A DNA stretch of 38,652 nt from IMG/VR virus record IMGVR_UViG_2671180727_000010. One strand, given 5' to 3'. The DNA is from a virus. Its lineage: Duplodnaviria > Heunggongvirae > Uroviricota > Caudoviricetes. Numbering within the stretch: position 1 is the first letter of the stretch; each line of letters begins with the position of its first letter. Below are positions 9,653 to 19,457 of this stretch, piece by piece. Under the pieces are notes generated by a model. That model was not told the origin of the DNA. It searched no databases and saw only the letters and a program-made list of their open reading frames with translations. The position numbers and the translations under genes are program-made.

Positions 9653-11227
9653 TCACTCGTTCTCTTGAGTAGATGAGTCCCCATTCCCTCGGGGTTGATC
9701 TTGCCCGCTTTCTTGGGCTGCACCACGATCATAAGTAAGTACTGACTTATTTTCAAGGGTATTTAGATCATTTTTTGGAGGAAAATTCAAGAGATCTTTA
9801 TCAAATTCCTTTTTCATCGCCTCAGTAATGTTCGGGAAAATCTTCTCAATAAGCATTTCCATCTGGTGACGACGTACAGAGTCCGGTGCCTGAAGTAATG
9901 ACAGTTTCTCGGCAACAGAAAATTCATCAGTAAGGCCACGAATATCGAAACTTTCTGGATATGCAATTAAAGAGTGGTCTTCGTCCAGATCTACCCCCAT
10001 CCATTTCGCAACCAGTAGCATGATTTGGCGTTCAGCCCTTTCCAGACGCTCTGCTTTTGTGACAAGCAAGCTATTTACACGCTGGAAGTCATACATTTTT
10101 GCGGCACCAGATGAATTATCGATTCCCTGTGCGTTGTCCTGCTTCGTTCGCTCACCAGCTACACCAACTGAATGGTAGATTTCGTTAATCACCGTCTTAA
10201 TCGTAGTGATGATCATCTGAGCTTGTTTCGGGTCTGGTGACAGATAAAACGGCTGGTTTCCACCTTCAGAATCGTAGGTGAAGACTCGCTTTGTGCCCAT
10301 TTCAAGCACTTTAGTGTGGTTTTCATCACCAGGTAAAAGCGACTGTACCGGTATAGCCAACTGGCTAAATGTCTGATCCTGAATAATGGCATCAAGGTTT
10401 GACAGATAGTTTGCAACCGCACGATCAAGATAAGCGATATCATCGATCAACGATGGGCTGAAATACGGTGATTCACTTTCTCCAATACAATCAACAGGAA
10501 ACACAGGAACTACGCCGAGATTATGCTCACCGCTATCCTCTAAAATTACTTTTGCCTGACGGCGACCTGCTCCACCAGCGCCCTTCTTCACTTCCTCACG
10601 GAACAGATACCACTCGTTTTGTGTCCACAGACGATAACGTTGGTATTCCTGACCTGTAGAAGTAAAAGGATCTGCGTCATCACGAGCGACTTCCACAATT
10701 AACGCCCACAACATATTCCCGTCGTCGTCCCATGCCACATCCAGCATTTGCTGAGGTGAAATCCAGTAGGCGTAGGCGCGAGCATCTTTCTTTTTCTCGT
10801 CAGCTACTGACTCAACATCACCACTCATCGTGCTATCGACAACAACCCATATGCGACCGTAAATAGACGACTGCAAATCAATAGCGGCCATAAATGAGTC
10901 AATAGAGGCATTCTGGCGAGTCGCACGTTTCCAGAAATTGCGGATCTGCTCTGGTGCCTCTTCGATATTTCTATGAATGTCTTCTTTAAAGAGATATTTG
11001 TTGATGAGGTTTACCACCTCACGAGTGTGGTTGAAGCGATAAGCACGTTCAACTCGCTCCTTAAACTCCTGATCTCCCTCTTTAAAGTAACGAAAGATAT
11101 TGTCTGTAAACCAACCACGCCCGCCAGCGTAAGTGCTGGCGAGGAAGTCCCAATGTTCTTTTTTCTTTTCGTATTCCGGGTGGCGTCGCGCCACCAGATC
11201 CTTAATTTGTTTGTCGTTCAATTCCAT
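9653..11227 (-). CDS. Portal protein (putative)
   Basis: 524-aa ORF immediately downstream of terminase large subunit; size and position typical of a portal. Confidence 0.55.
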   Translation of the reverse strand: MELNDKQIKDLVARRHPEYEKKKEHWDFLASTYAGGRGWFTDNIFRYFKEGDQEFKERVERAYRFNHTREVVNLINKYLFKEDIHRNIEEAPEQIRNFWKRATRQNASIDSFMAAIDLQSSIYGRIWVVVDSTMSGDVESVADEKKKDARAYAYWISPQQMLDVAWDDDGNMLWALIVEVARDDADPFTSTGQEYQRYRLWTQNEWYLFREEVKKGAGGAGRRQAKVILEDSGEHNLGVVPVFPVDCIGESESPYFSPSLIDDIAYLDRAVANYLSNLDAIIQDQTFSQLAIPVQSLLPGDENHTKVLEMGTKRVFTYDSEGGNQPFYLSPDPKQAQMIITTIKTVINEIYHSVGVAGERTKQDNAQGIDNSSGAAKMYDFQRVNSLLVTKAERLERAERQIMLLVAKWMGVDLDEDHSLIAYPESFDIRGLTDEFSVAEKLSLLQAPDSVRRHQMEMLIEKIFPNITEAMKKEFDKDLLNFPPKNDLNTLENKSVLTYDRGAAQESGQDQPRGNGDSSTQENE

Positions 11228-11253
11228 TTGAATAACCTTAGATAATTACTTAC

Positions 11254-12510
11254 CTATCGAGAACCACCAAGAATAACACGGTTTTTGACTGGATACCTAC
11301 GATGTACTGGATAGCCCAATGCGTCTGCACTATGCTCAATGCCACCTGTCTTATCCATATCTCGTGTTCCAGGCTTGTAGATGACTTTTTCCAGTGAATC
11401 AATCAAATGCTTGCACTTCGGATCGATATACAGCCGGATATCTCCAGATGCGGTCATCAGCATTCGGTTAACAGCATTAACACGATCCGCAATTGGCGGG
11501 TGCTTTTTCGAATAATCGACACGTAAGAATCCCTTCTCTTTGAATATGTCGACGTCAGACTCCCCGCGAGCATGTTGGCGATAAGCACCTGCCGGATCTG
11601 GAAATACCGTTATCTGTGATTTCCAGCGCCAGAAGCGTCTCTCAAGCTCATCACAAACCTCTGCCGTGTTAGAGGAAAAGAGCACCAATTCATCAATTGC
11701 CCATAGCTCACCATTTGGCTGAGGTTGCAAAATTACTGAAGACATCGGGTCAATGTTGAAGTCCTGCCCTACCCATATAGGCAACCGAGGGTTGAACTGA
11801 AGCGGTTTTACATGCACGTTACGATCGAACGGGTAGTAAACGCGCCCGGACATGTTCTCAAAGCTCGCCAGGTACTCCTGAGCGAACGATTTCGGGTCCA
11901 TATCGTTCTTAGCAGCTTCAATTTCCGCCGTAGGTACAAACGGAGAATCGGCAGTTACAAACTGCCAGCTCTTCCACTGTCCCTTTCTTTGCAGCTCTAC
12001 GTTCTGGCCTATAGTCCACAGTTTGTGAAATTCCGAGAAGCCTTTTGGCGTACCAATGATCAGTGCACCGCCGCGTGTCGATGAAAGAGTAGGTCGTAAC
12101 ACCTTGTACCAGGTGTCAGCCTTCATATCCTGAAATTCATCAAGCACTACAAAATGCAACGCTACGCCGCGCAGAGTGTCAGGCTTATCAGCACCTTTGA
12201 GGGCGATCTCCGAACCGTTCTTCAACACGATTGTCATCGTGGTGTCGTTCTTTTTCCTAACCCACTTACGAGGCAGAACTTCCTGTAGATCGTCCCACAA
12301 AATCTGGCGAGCCATCTGGTAAGTAGGAGCGACATACCAGACTCTTTGCTTTTTTTCCTTTGCCGCCGCACGAATAATAGTGGAGATCGACAACCGGGAT
12401 TTTCCCCAGCGTCGACCAGCACAAACAACTTTAAATCGATGCGGAGACTGGAAGACTTTCATCTGTCCAGAATGCAGTTGCACAAGACTGAGCGAGGACG
12501 GGATTGCCAT
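11254..12510 (-). CDS. Terminase large subunit
   Basis: N-terminal Walker A VVCAGRRWGKS; Walker B-like VVLDEFQD; C-terminal nuclease-like region; stop/start overlap with the upstream terS-like gene. Confidence 0.85.
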   Translation of the reverse strand: MAIPSSLSLVQLHSGQMKVFQSPHRFKVVCAGRRWGKSRLSISTIIRAAAKEKKQRVWYVAPTYQMARQILWDDLQEVLPRKWVRKKNDTTMTIVLKNGSEIALKGADKPDTLRGVALHFVVLDEFQDMKADTWYKVLRPTLSSTRGGALIIGTPKGFSEFHKLWTIGQNVELQRKGQWKSWQFVTADSPFVPTAEIEAAKNDMDPKSFAQEYLASFENMSGRVYYPFDRNVHVKPLQFNPRLPIWVGQDFNIDPMSSVILQPQPNGELWAIDELVLFSSNTAEVCDELERRFWRWKSQITVFPDPAGAYRQHARGESDVDIFKEKGFLRVDYSKKHPPIADRVNAVNRMLMTASGDIRLYIDPKCKHLIDSLEKVIYKPGTRDMDKTGGIEHSADALGYPVHRRYPVKNRVILGGSR

Positions 12511-13142
12511 TATTCGTCCTCCCCTTCACTTCCATCATCTGTCGCATCAAATTCGCTTAGAGCTTCTTCTTCCAACGTCTCAAGCAATTCGTCATCGATG
12601 ATTTCAGGCTCGTCGTCTTCCTGACGTAATTTCGCCACCTGGGAAGGCGTAAGCTCACCAAATACCAGGTTCGGAATTTCTTCCTCGTCATTTTCCGCAT
12701 GATCCATGCCCAATGCTTTGGACGAAACTTCAAAGCATTTTGCAAGGGTATTACTGGCTCTCTGTAAGCTCTTGAGAGAATCCTCAATCGCCCCTAAAGG
12801 CTTACCCTCACGTTTGGCCGTAGTGACTTCGACCATCACCATCTGCCCCAACGCATACGCCCAGCCGTCATAACGTGTACGACGTTCTTCTATCTTTTCC
12901 GCACGGGCTTTAGCGCGAAGCTCTGCGTCAGATTTAAGAGACTCACGAACCATCTTCCCAACAGAGTCCGCGCCTTTCTCTAATCCTCGCTTTTTGAAAT
13001 GTCTGGAGAGTGTTTCACGACGAATGCCGTACTCTTCCTCCAGCTTTGAGAGTGTATATTCGCCTGACGTCCATTTGGCTTCAGCTTCGGCCCACTCCGC
13101 TGGTGTCAGGCGAGTTTTTACCTCGTCTTTTTCGACCGTCAT
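12510..13142 (-). CDS. Terminase small subunit (putative)
   Basis: 210 aa with N-terminal HTH-like segment (YTLSKLEEEYGIRRETLSRHFKKRG) and strongly acidic C-terminal tail; directly precedes terL. Confidence 0.6.
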   Translation of the reverse strand: MTVEKDEVKTRLTPAEWAEAEAKWTSGEYTLSKLEEEYGIRRETLSRHFKKRGLEKGADSVGKMVRESLKSDAELRAKARAEKIEERRTRYDGWAYALGQMVMVEVTTAKREGKPLGAIEDSLKSLQRASNTLAKCFEVSSKALGMDHAENDEEEIPNLVFGELTPSQVAKLRQEDDEPEIIDDELLETLEEEALSEFDATDDGSEGEDE

Positions 13143-13161
13143 AGATCCCTCTAAAACACAC

Positions 13162-13245
13162 AGAGCGCGTCCATGCGCTCTAAAACAACTTGTTTACTGC
13201 ATCTGCTAACCAACTTGTTTTCTGGGGTGTTTAATTAGGTCTGGC
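13162..13245 (-). promoter_or_regulatory. Late-operon promoter/leader region with two AAAACAA-N-TTGTTTT-type operator palindromes and a leader hairpin
   Basis: Palindromes at ~13182-13196 (AAAACAAcTTGTTTA) and ~13207-13221; hairpin AGAGCGC-gtccat-GCGCTCT at 13162-13181; TAATTAAACACC -10/leader motif shared with the early-gene promoters. Confidence 0.45.
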
Positions 13246-13337
13246 ATGTCTTACGAAGCCTGCTTCCGTATATATTTAATAAGTTACTTATTATTTATAT
13301 ATACAGATGCAGGTCTTTAAATAAGCTCCCAGACCGA

Positions 13338-13604
13338 TTACATCACCAGTAACTTCGCTTTGGCTCGACCTAAAGTGGTTAACCCAAGAGTCCGGCGGTG
13401 ATAGCGATTGTCACTGCGTTGGCGCGTATGCCCTTTCTCCACCAGCCCCTTTTTTATCAGAGCGCGAATTGAGAACTGGATACTTTGCTTGGTTGTCTTG
13501 TACGGCAAAACTTCAAGCAATTCGTCCAGGTCAAGTAGATGACCTCGCTCATAACCGAGATTGAGCGTTTTGATGATGTCCTTTTGTTTGTCGGTTAACG
13601 TCAT
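13338..13604 (-). CDS. Small winged-helix-like DNA-binding protein (88 aa), last gene of the five-gene operon
   Basis: Basic C-terminus and helix-turn-wing-like core (QSIQFSIRALIKKGLVEKG); ATG 9 bp after the stop of the upstream gene. Confidence 0.45.
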   Translation of the reverse strand: MTLTDKQKDIIKTLNLGYERGHLLDLDELLEVLPYKTTKQSIQFSIRALIKKGLVEKGHTRQRSDNRYHRRTLGLTTLGRAKAKLLVM

Positions 13605-13613
13605 GGCAAATCC

Positions 13614-14504
13614 TTATGCTGGTAAAGCAATTTCTAACGGTTTATCCAAAGGTTGTTTGTCGAATGCCAGCAGTGGCAGCGTGTCAGGCAGTCGACGGCC
13701 AAAGTCAGGGTTTCGGTACACACCATACAACGGAGACGTAAAGCTCAGGTTGTGAATGTCCTTGAGCAGCTTCACAATGCTGGCCTCGTCCACCAGACTG
13801 TCGGCAATGTCCTGAATCGTCGTGCCACGATTCCGCCCAGCTTTTGCCAGGGAACTGTTCTTATGGTAGTCCGCCACCAAATCGCGCAGCGCACGGCGAC
13901 GACGAGACTCGCTCATAGCGAACAACTCTTTGACGATCGCCTCGTTATCACCCGGGTCGGAGCGGAAATGGCGCTGGAACACACGCAGTGCACTTTCATA
14001 GCTCTTCGGTCGCTCAGGGCGGATGAACTTAAACCCTGCTTTCATGGCGAAGGGATTGTATTTGCTCATCGAGGACTGGATCTCAATGATTGGCCGGTCA
14101 TGCATCCTGCTAACCAGGTTAATCATTCTATAAGAGACGCCTACGCCACGATACTGAGTATCCACAACTGAGCGACTGATCACCGCAAAGTTGTTATTCA
14201 CGTACCGACCCCAGTACTGGTTAGCCACGGTGGTATTAGTGGTTGGTTTCAACTTAGGAAACATGCGGTGGCGAGGTGCCAACAGTAGTTTCGGGTAAGC
14301 CATAACCACGACGCCCACCAGACGGTCATCAAGTTCGCAGCGATAGTAAGTTGGCGCGAAAGGTTTGCCGTCTGTTTTGTAGTGAAGCGACTTAAGAGCG
14401 TGCCAGTCCTCTACAGTTCCCTTTGTAACAGTCATTCGCTCCAGAAAGTCCAGATGACGCGGAAACTCTTCAGGGCGGTAGCGTTTAATGATGATGTCCG
14501 TCAT
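13614..14504 (-). CDS. GNAT-fold acyltransferase-like protein with ~120-aa C-terminal extension
   Basis: Motif A-like Q-x-x-G-x-G (TQYRGVGVSYRMINLV) and motif B-like YNPFAMKAGFKF; ATGA start/stop overlap with the ABC ATPase gene. Confidence 0.5.
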   Translation of the reverse strand: MTDIIIKRYRPEEFPRHLDFLERMTVTKGTVEDWHALKSLHYKTDGKPFAPTYYRCELDDRLVGVVVMAYPKLLLAPRHRMFPKLKPTTNTTVANQYWGRYVNNNFAVISRSVVDTQYRGVGVSYRMINLVSRMHDRPIIEIQSSMSKYNPFAMKAGFKFIRPERPKSYESALRVFQRHFRSDPGDNEAIVKELFAMSESRRRRALRDLVADYHKNSSLAKAGRNRGTTIQDIADSLVDEASIVKLLKDIHNLSFTSPLYGVYRNPDFGRRLPDTLPLLAFDKQPLDKPLEIALPA

Positions 14505-15166
14505 GAATGGACCTCATCATGACTACCATTGTGATATTCCACCTTCACGCGTTCTTTGTAGTGCTTGGTGATCTGCATATCAGGGCGCAGCGCGTTCTTC
14601 AGGTCTTCGTGAGTCGTCGCCACCATTACCGTCGCACCAACCTTTCGAGCGGCACGCTGGAGGTTAGACGCCACAACCTGAGCGGTTACACGGTCGAGAA
14701 CAGCGCCGAACTCGTCAGCAGCCCATACTTTAGCGCCTGACTCAATCAGTTTGGCAATCTTGAGACGATATTTCTGGCCGTCTGACATTTCAGAAGGCTT
14801 GCGAACAAACAAATATGCATCGTTCAGACCAGCCATAGATAACAACCCAAGCGCATCACTGGTCGTTTTGCCCAACTGATCGATGACGTTAACCTCATTA
14901 TCGAAGGTAAAATCATCGATGGAGGCTACAGACAGCCCTTCATCCTTCATCTGTCGTTGCAACTCGCGCAGCACAACGGATTTGCCGGAACCGGATTGGC
15001 CGGTGATGTACACCACATCGCCCTGCTTCACTTCCAGCTCCAGATTGTCGTAAAGCGTCCACTCTTTTTCGTCCAGGCCAAGCCCGAACGACTCAGCGAT
15101 TTCCAACGTGCGCGTGGTTTTATTTACGCGTGTCTGAAACGATACGTTGATGATGTATTTGCTCAT
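14501..15166 (-). CDS. Stand-alone ABC-type ATPase (no membrane domain)
   Basis: Walker A GQSGSGKS; ABC signature-like MSDGQKYRL; Walker B VWAADEF; H-loop TTHED; ATGA overlap with the upstream ParB-like gene. Confidence 0.75.
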   Translation of the reverse strand: MSKYIINVSFQTRVNKTTRTLEIAESFGLGLDEKEWTLYDNLELEVKQGDVVYITGQSGSGKSVVLRELQRQMKDEGLSVASIDDFTFDNEVNVIDQLGKTTSDALGLLSMAGLNDAYLFVRKPSEMSDGQKYRLKIAKLIESGAKVWAADEFGAVLDRVTAQVVASNLQRAARKVGATVMVATTHEDLKNALRPDMQITKHYKERVKVEYHNGSHDEVHS

Positions 15167-15831
15167 GCAGCCATCTCCCCGGAAGAGATCTTCTCCGCAT
15201 ATGCCACAAATGCGTCTACCCCGCTTTCTCCCGTCATTTCTTCCATATGGGCAAGCAAATCACCAACAACAATGGCAGAGCCAGCAGGGAGCGTTTTAAA
15301 GCCCAATACGTCGACAACACGTACTTCTTCCGCTGCAACTTCACGACTGATCTCGGTGTGTTCATCCTTCTGTCGTTTAGTTTCTTCGCCAAGATCGATA
15401 ACTAGCGAGTCGGTGTCCATTTCTTCTGTCATACTGCCAACGAGAACATTCAACTCACGCTCTTCAAAGCCGAAAACCTCGATATCGTCCAGAACAAGCG
15501 ACTCAAGCTCTTTCTGTAGCTTAATTGCATCGTAATCAATGCTGGCAAGTCGGTTATCTTCAAGGCGCTTCGCACGAACCTCGTCATCACTGAGATCATC
15601 GCGAACAATAACCGGTACGCGCTCAAGTCCAGCAAAAATTGCAGCCTCACGGCGGCCGTGGCCAGTAATAATTACGTCGTTCTTATCGACCGTAATTGGC
15701 TGGTCAAATCCGCGCTTTTTAATGGCTGCGGCCAGATCTCTGATCTGCTGTTCATCATGCTTTTTGGCATTCATCTCATAGGGAATAAGATCTGCCGGGT
15801 CGCGATATACGATTTCAAACTTTTTGGTCAT
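15163..15831 (-). CDS. ParB/Srx (ParB N-terminal nuclease-like) domain protein
   Basis: Motif ITGHGRREAA (ParB box GxxRxxA); ATG at 15831 preceded by AAGGAG and overlapping the upstream stop as TAATG (track ORF extends to a GTG at 15864). Confidence 0.7.
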   Translation of the reverse strand: MTKKFEIVYRDPADLIPYEMNAKKHDEQQIRDLAAAIKKRGFDQPITVDKNDVIITGHGRREAAIFAGLERVPVIVRDDLSDDEVRAKRLEDNRLASIDYDAIKLQKELESLVLDDIEVFGFEERELNVLVGSMTEEMDTDSLVIDLGEETKRQKDEHTEISREVAAEEVRVVDVLGFKTLPAGSAIVVGDLLAHMEEMTGESGVDAFVAYAEKISSGEMAA

Positions 15832-16529
15832 TACATACGCTCCTTGTAGTAGTCGACCAGCCACACCAGAGCCTCACCAGCGTTCTCCATTTCATTACCG
15901 GTGTTAATAGCCTGCTCTTTGATGATGTTTTTTATGGTTTCTGCAACACGATCTGACGCATCGAAAGTTACTTTGAAGCGCATGGTCTGATGTTCCGCAC
16001 CCACACGTTCGGTTTTCTCTCGTTTGTCGGTATCGACAGGCTCATCACTACCACGAGACAACGCCTCCAGTGCTTCAAGGTCGATTGCCGCCTCTTTTGC
16101 TAAAACCATCGAGATTTCGTCGTCATACGGGGCGATTTCAGACAGTTGATAGTCAAGTTCTGACTGAATTTCTTCAATGAAGCGTTGCAATGCGATTTGG
16201 TCGTCTTCACCGTATCGCTCGTTGTCCACCAGTGACATCTGTTTAGCTACGACATCGCTAATTTTGCCCACAGAAAGCACCGGAACCGTTGAAATTCCTT
16301 GCTCAATAGCAGCACGCCAGCGATGTTCGCCGCCGAGGATTTCAAAAAATCCATCTTCAAGTTCACGAGCCAAAATTGGCTTAAAAAAGCCCAATTTTTC
16401 GATAGAACCTTTCAGTTTTTCAAAATTCTGCGCACCAACCGAATTGGTGTTCCAGGTATTCGGGCGAAGGTTGGCAACATCAACCTGCAAAATCGTGATT
16501 TTTACATCCATTTTATTGCTACAATCCAC
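15831..16529 (-). CDS. ParB/Srx domain protein, first gene of the operon
   Basis: Motif ILGGEHRWRAA; acidic C-terminal half; start may be the in-frame ATG at 16511 instead. Confidence 0.7.
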   Translation of the reverse strand: MDCSNKMDVKITILQVDVANLRPNTWNTNSVGAQNFEKLKGSIEKLGFFKPILARELEDGFFEILGGEHRWRAAIEQGISTVPVLSVGKISDVVAKQMSLVDNERYGEDDQIALQRFIEEIQSELDYQLSEIAPYDDEISMVLAKEAAIDLEALEALSRGSDEPVDTDKREKTERVGAEHQTMRFKVTFDASDRVAETIKNIIKEQAINTGNEMENAGEALVWLVDYYKERM

Positions 16530-16593
16530 TAAGTAATCACTTACTTATTATAATAGCCAAATAACATACAAAAGGCACTAAGGAAAGAGGTTT
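16530..16593. promoter_or_regulatory. Divergent promoter region between the ParB operon and the helicase operon, with a palindrome
   Basis: TTGCTA ...TATAAT-like hexamers and dyad AAGTAATCACTTACTT (~16531-16546); strong RBS AGGAAAGAGG before the helicase ATG. Confidence 0.5.
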
Positions 16594-18153
16594 ATGACTG
16601 TTCGGATTGTATCTAACGCAGTAAATGCGCTTATTTCTGGCGCAGATGACAAGGTAAAGCAACTGGTGCAGCAAATGTTGAGCTACGAAGTCGAGACTGG
16701 CGACTGGAAGGGCACAAGCACGATGTTCAACTGGAGTAAAAACTCGTTCCCTGCTGGCTTTGCCAAGCCTGTAGCGGCGAACTTGAACAAGGCGGGCATC
16801 AAATGTGTTCATATCCGCAAAGACAAAGCCCCGGCGCTTGGTAAACCAAATCCGGCGGTTAACCCATTCCCATACAATCCTGATTATGCGTATCAGGATC
16901 AGACTGTGGAAACACTGGTTCGAGAGGGAATGATGATTGCGCAGATCGCTACTGGTGGCGGGAAATCTAACGTTGCCTGCAAAGCAGCTGCACGTATCGG
17001 TCGAATGACATTATTTTTAACAACCCGCTCTGTTCTGATGTTTCAAATGGCCGAAAACTTCCAGAGATCCATCGACTACCGCGCCGAAAATGGCGAACCG
17101 TGGTTAAAAGACCAAAAGGTTGGAGTCATTGGCTCGGGTGAGTTCCAGGTATCACGACATATCAACGTCGCTACAGTTCAAACTCTTGCAAGTTTCCTCG
17201 AAGAACCACCACGCGATGCAACACCAGATAAGAAAAGCTACCACCTCAAACGTCGGGAGTTGGTGAAACGCTTCCTTTCAAGTGTCTCTCTTCTTATTCT
17301 GGAAGAGGCGCATGAGTCTTCAGGCTCAAATTTCTATGACATCGCCAGATTATGTGTGAACGCAGACTATCGTCTGGCGCTTACAGCCACGCCGTTCATG
17401 AAGGATTCGACGGAAGCCAACATGCGCCTGATGGCGGTGGCCGGGCGAATTGAAATTAAAGTCACAGAAAAGTACCTGATTGATCGAGGCATTCTGGCAA
17501 AGCCGTACTTCCTTTATCATAAAGTTGCCTACAAGCCAGACGAGGCCAGAATCAAGGCCGAACTTGCCAACAAACACCTCAATTTTAGAGTTGGTATGAG
17601 CACCGCCTACCAAAAGGCTTATCAGTTGGGGATCGTGTATAATTTGGGACGTAACGAGGCCATAGTGCGCGAGGCATTGCTTTATAAGCAACATTCACTC
17701 AACTGCATGACTCTGGTTCGTCTTAAACGCCACGGGCAAATCCTGATGGAGATGATGAAGGAGTCAGGTCTTAAAGTTGATTTCATCTATGGGGAATCTA
17801 ACCAGACGACAAGGCAAGCAAAGCTGAATAGTTTAGCGTCTGGTGAAATAGATGTTTTAATAGGCTCGACTATTCTGGATGTTGGTGTTGATGTGCCAAG
17901 CGTTGGTGCGGTCATTCTTGCTGGTGGTGGGAAAGCAGAAGTTGAAATGAGACAGCGTGTCGGTCGTGGCTTACGAGCCAAAAAAAATCAGGCAAACGTG
18001 TGTTTTATCACTGATTTCATTGACATTAGCAACAAATACCTGTTGTCTCACTCTTATGAGCGAAAACACATCATCGACACCACACCTGGCTTTGCAGAAG
18101 GTGTATTGCCTATTGATGGAGCATTCGATTTTGGAGTTCTGAAACGAGATTAG
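16594..18153 (+). CDS. Superfamily-2 DEAD/DEAH-box-type helicase
   Basis: Motif I ATGGGKS, motif II LILEEAHE, motif III LTATP, motif VI QRVGRGLR. Confidence 0.85.
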   Translation: MTVRIVSNAVNALISGADDKVKQLVQQMLSYEVETGDWKGTSTMFNWSKNSFPAGFAKPVAANLNKAGIKCVHIRKDKAPALGKPNPAVNPFPYNPDYAYQDQTVETLVREGMMIAQIATGGGKSNVACKAAARIGRMTLFLTTRSVLMFQMAENFQRSIDYRAENGEPWLKDQKVGVIGSGEFQVSRHINVATVQTLASFLEEPPRDATPDKKSYHLKRRELVKRFLSSVSLLILEEAHESSGSNFYDIARLCVNADYRLALTATPFMKDSTEANMRLMAVAGRIEIKVTEKYLIDRGILAKPYFLYHKVAYKPDEARIKAELANKHLNFRVGMSTAYQKAYQLGIVYNLGRNEAIVREALLYKQHSLNCMTLVRLKRHGQILMEMMKESGLKVDFIYGESNQTTRQAKLNSLASGEIDVLIGSTILDVGVDVPSVGAVILAGGGKAEVEMRQRVGRGLRAKKNQANVCFITDFIDISNKYLLSHSYERKHIIDTTPGFAEGVLPIDGAFDFGVLKRD

Positions 18154-18155
18154 TT

Positions 18156-18434
18156 ATGAGTGAAAAGAAAACAACTTACTGTCAGGTAGCATTGTCTGAT
18201 AAGGCCAATGACAAACTTGGAAAGTTTCAAGTGAAACTAAAAGAAAAAAATATCAAAATGTCTAAGGCTGAAGTCATAAATACCATTCTGGAACAATTGA
18301 CAATGGCCGACTTTGACAAGGTTATATCTTCTGTCGGGGCTTCCGCTAAGACTCGTGAGAAAATCATGCGTATCTATGAGAACTCTAATATGACAAAGGA
18401 AGATCTCGAAACGCTATTAAGCAGATTAAAATAA
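18156..18434 (+). CDS. Small protein, possibly ribbon-helix-helix-like (92 aa)
   Basis: ATG 2 nt after the helicase stop; no firm motif. Confidence 0.4.
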   Translation: MSEKKTTYCQVALSDKANDKLGKFQVKLKEKNIKMSKAEVINTILEQLTMADFDKVISSVGASAKTREKIMRIYENSNMTKEDLETLLSRLK

Positions 18435-18460
18435 TCACGCTATCAATTAGGGAGACAAAG

Positions 18461-18925
18461 ATGAAGTCTCCCATACTGTTCACTTTCTGTTCTAAAACTA
18501 ACATGAAATACTCGCTTCTCCCTCTACTAACGTTACCAGTGTTGATGCTTACCGCGTGCCAATCACGTCCAATATCAATCCATGACGCCAAACCAGCACC
18601 GCAGGCCAAAGTGTTCAAGTATCAAAGCGCAGCGCCAGCTACGTTGGTGGTAATGAGAGACACAGGTTTTGTAGGAGCTGGATGTGATGCTTCCATTTTC
18701 ATCAATGGCGAAACTGTCGCAAAACTGGCTACAGGCGAAAAAGCGACTTTCCATTTAAATGCCGGAGAATTAATTGTGGGTGCATCTCTTGAAGGTGCAG
18801 GTTTATGTGCTCTAAACCCCGCTCGTCAAGAGCGAGAAACGACTCTGAAGAATGGAGACACAAAAGCGTTCAGGGTGTTCACCAGCAATTCTGGTGACAT
18901 CGACATTCTGCCAACAACTCTGTGA
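18461..18925 (+). CDS. Lipoprotein (putative)
   Basis: RBS GGGAGA before the ATG; internal signal MKYSLLPLLTLPVLMLTAC with lipobox L-T-A-C. Confidence 0.6.
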   Translation: MKSPILFTFCSKTNMKYSLLPLLTLPVLMLTACQSRPISIHDAKPAPQAKVFKYQSAAPATLVVMRDTGFVGAGCDASIFINGETVAKLATGEKATFHLNAGELIVGASLEGAGLCALNPARQERETTLKNGDTKAFRVFTSNSGDIDILPTTL

Positions 18926-18929
18926 TGAC

Positions 18930-19454
18930 ATGACAACCAAAGATATTACCTACGGTATCCAAGCTGAACTCTGGCCGCGAGATTACACTAACGTTGAAAA
19001 ACTACTGATGTTCTGGCGCAGAGAACAAATTCCTGTAAGGGTCACTCTCGAAGATGGCCAGGCGTTTTGCATGTACGTTTATGGCCTCATGCCATCTCGT
19101 AACAAAGTTGACCTTTGCCCAGCCCCTTTTGACAAAGAAAATCGTATAAGGCTCCCACTTGAACGCATTAGTACAATTGAATCAGGTGTGGTTGACAGTA
19201 TCGCTCACGATTTCAAAGGTCGACTAACAGTTCACCCTGATTATGTCGATAATCGGCCATCACGCCGCGATTTTTTTGCAATTTGCAACCAAGCCTACAA
19301 AGCAAACAAATCTATAAGGGTGTACATGGCGGATGGCCGTGAAATTGAGGGGGTGTCAGCAGGCGCAGATGCTTGTCAGGTTACACTACGTGTCGAGAAC
19401 GGTAGAAAAATAGTTGTTTTGTTCGATTGGGTTGAACGAATTTTGCCTTTTTGA
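18930..19454 (+). CDS. Hypothetical protein (174 aa)
   Basis: ATG at 18930 just after the lipoprotein stop (MTTKDITYGIQ...); the track ORF starts earlier at 18852 within the overlap. Confidence 0.45.
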   Translation: MTTKDITYGIQAELWPRDYTNVEKLLMFWRREQIPVRVTLEDGQAFCMYVYGLMPSRNKVDLCPAPFDKENRIRLPLERISTIESGVVDSIAHDFKGRLTVHPDYVDNRPSRRDFFAICNQAYKANKSIRVYMADGREIEGVSAGADACQVTLRVENGRKIVVLFDWVERILPF

Positions 19455-19457
19455 GTT

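Noticed and set aside
9274-12624. Plus-strand ORFs inside the scaffold, portal and terminase genes (e.g. 9274..9633, 10468..10659, 10973..11245, 11812..12084, 12346..12624)
   Set aside because: Antisense to strongly supported late genes; no start-site context.
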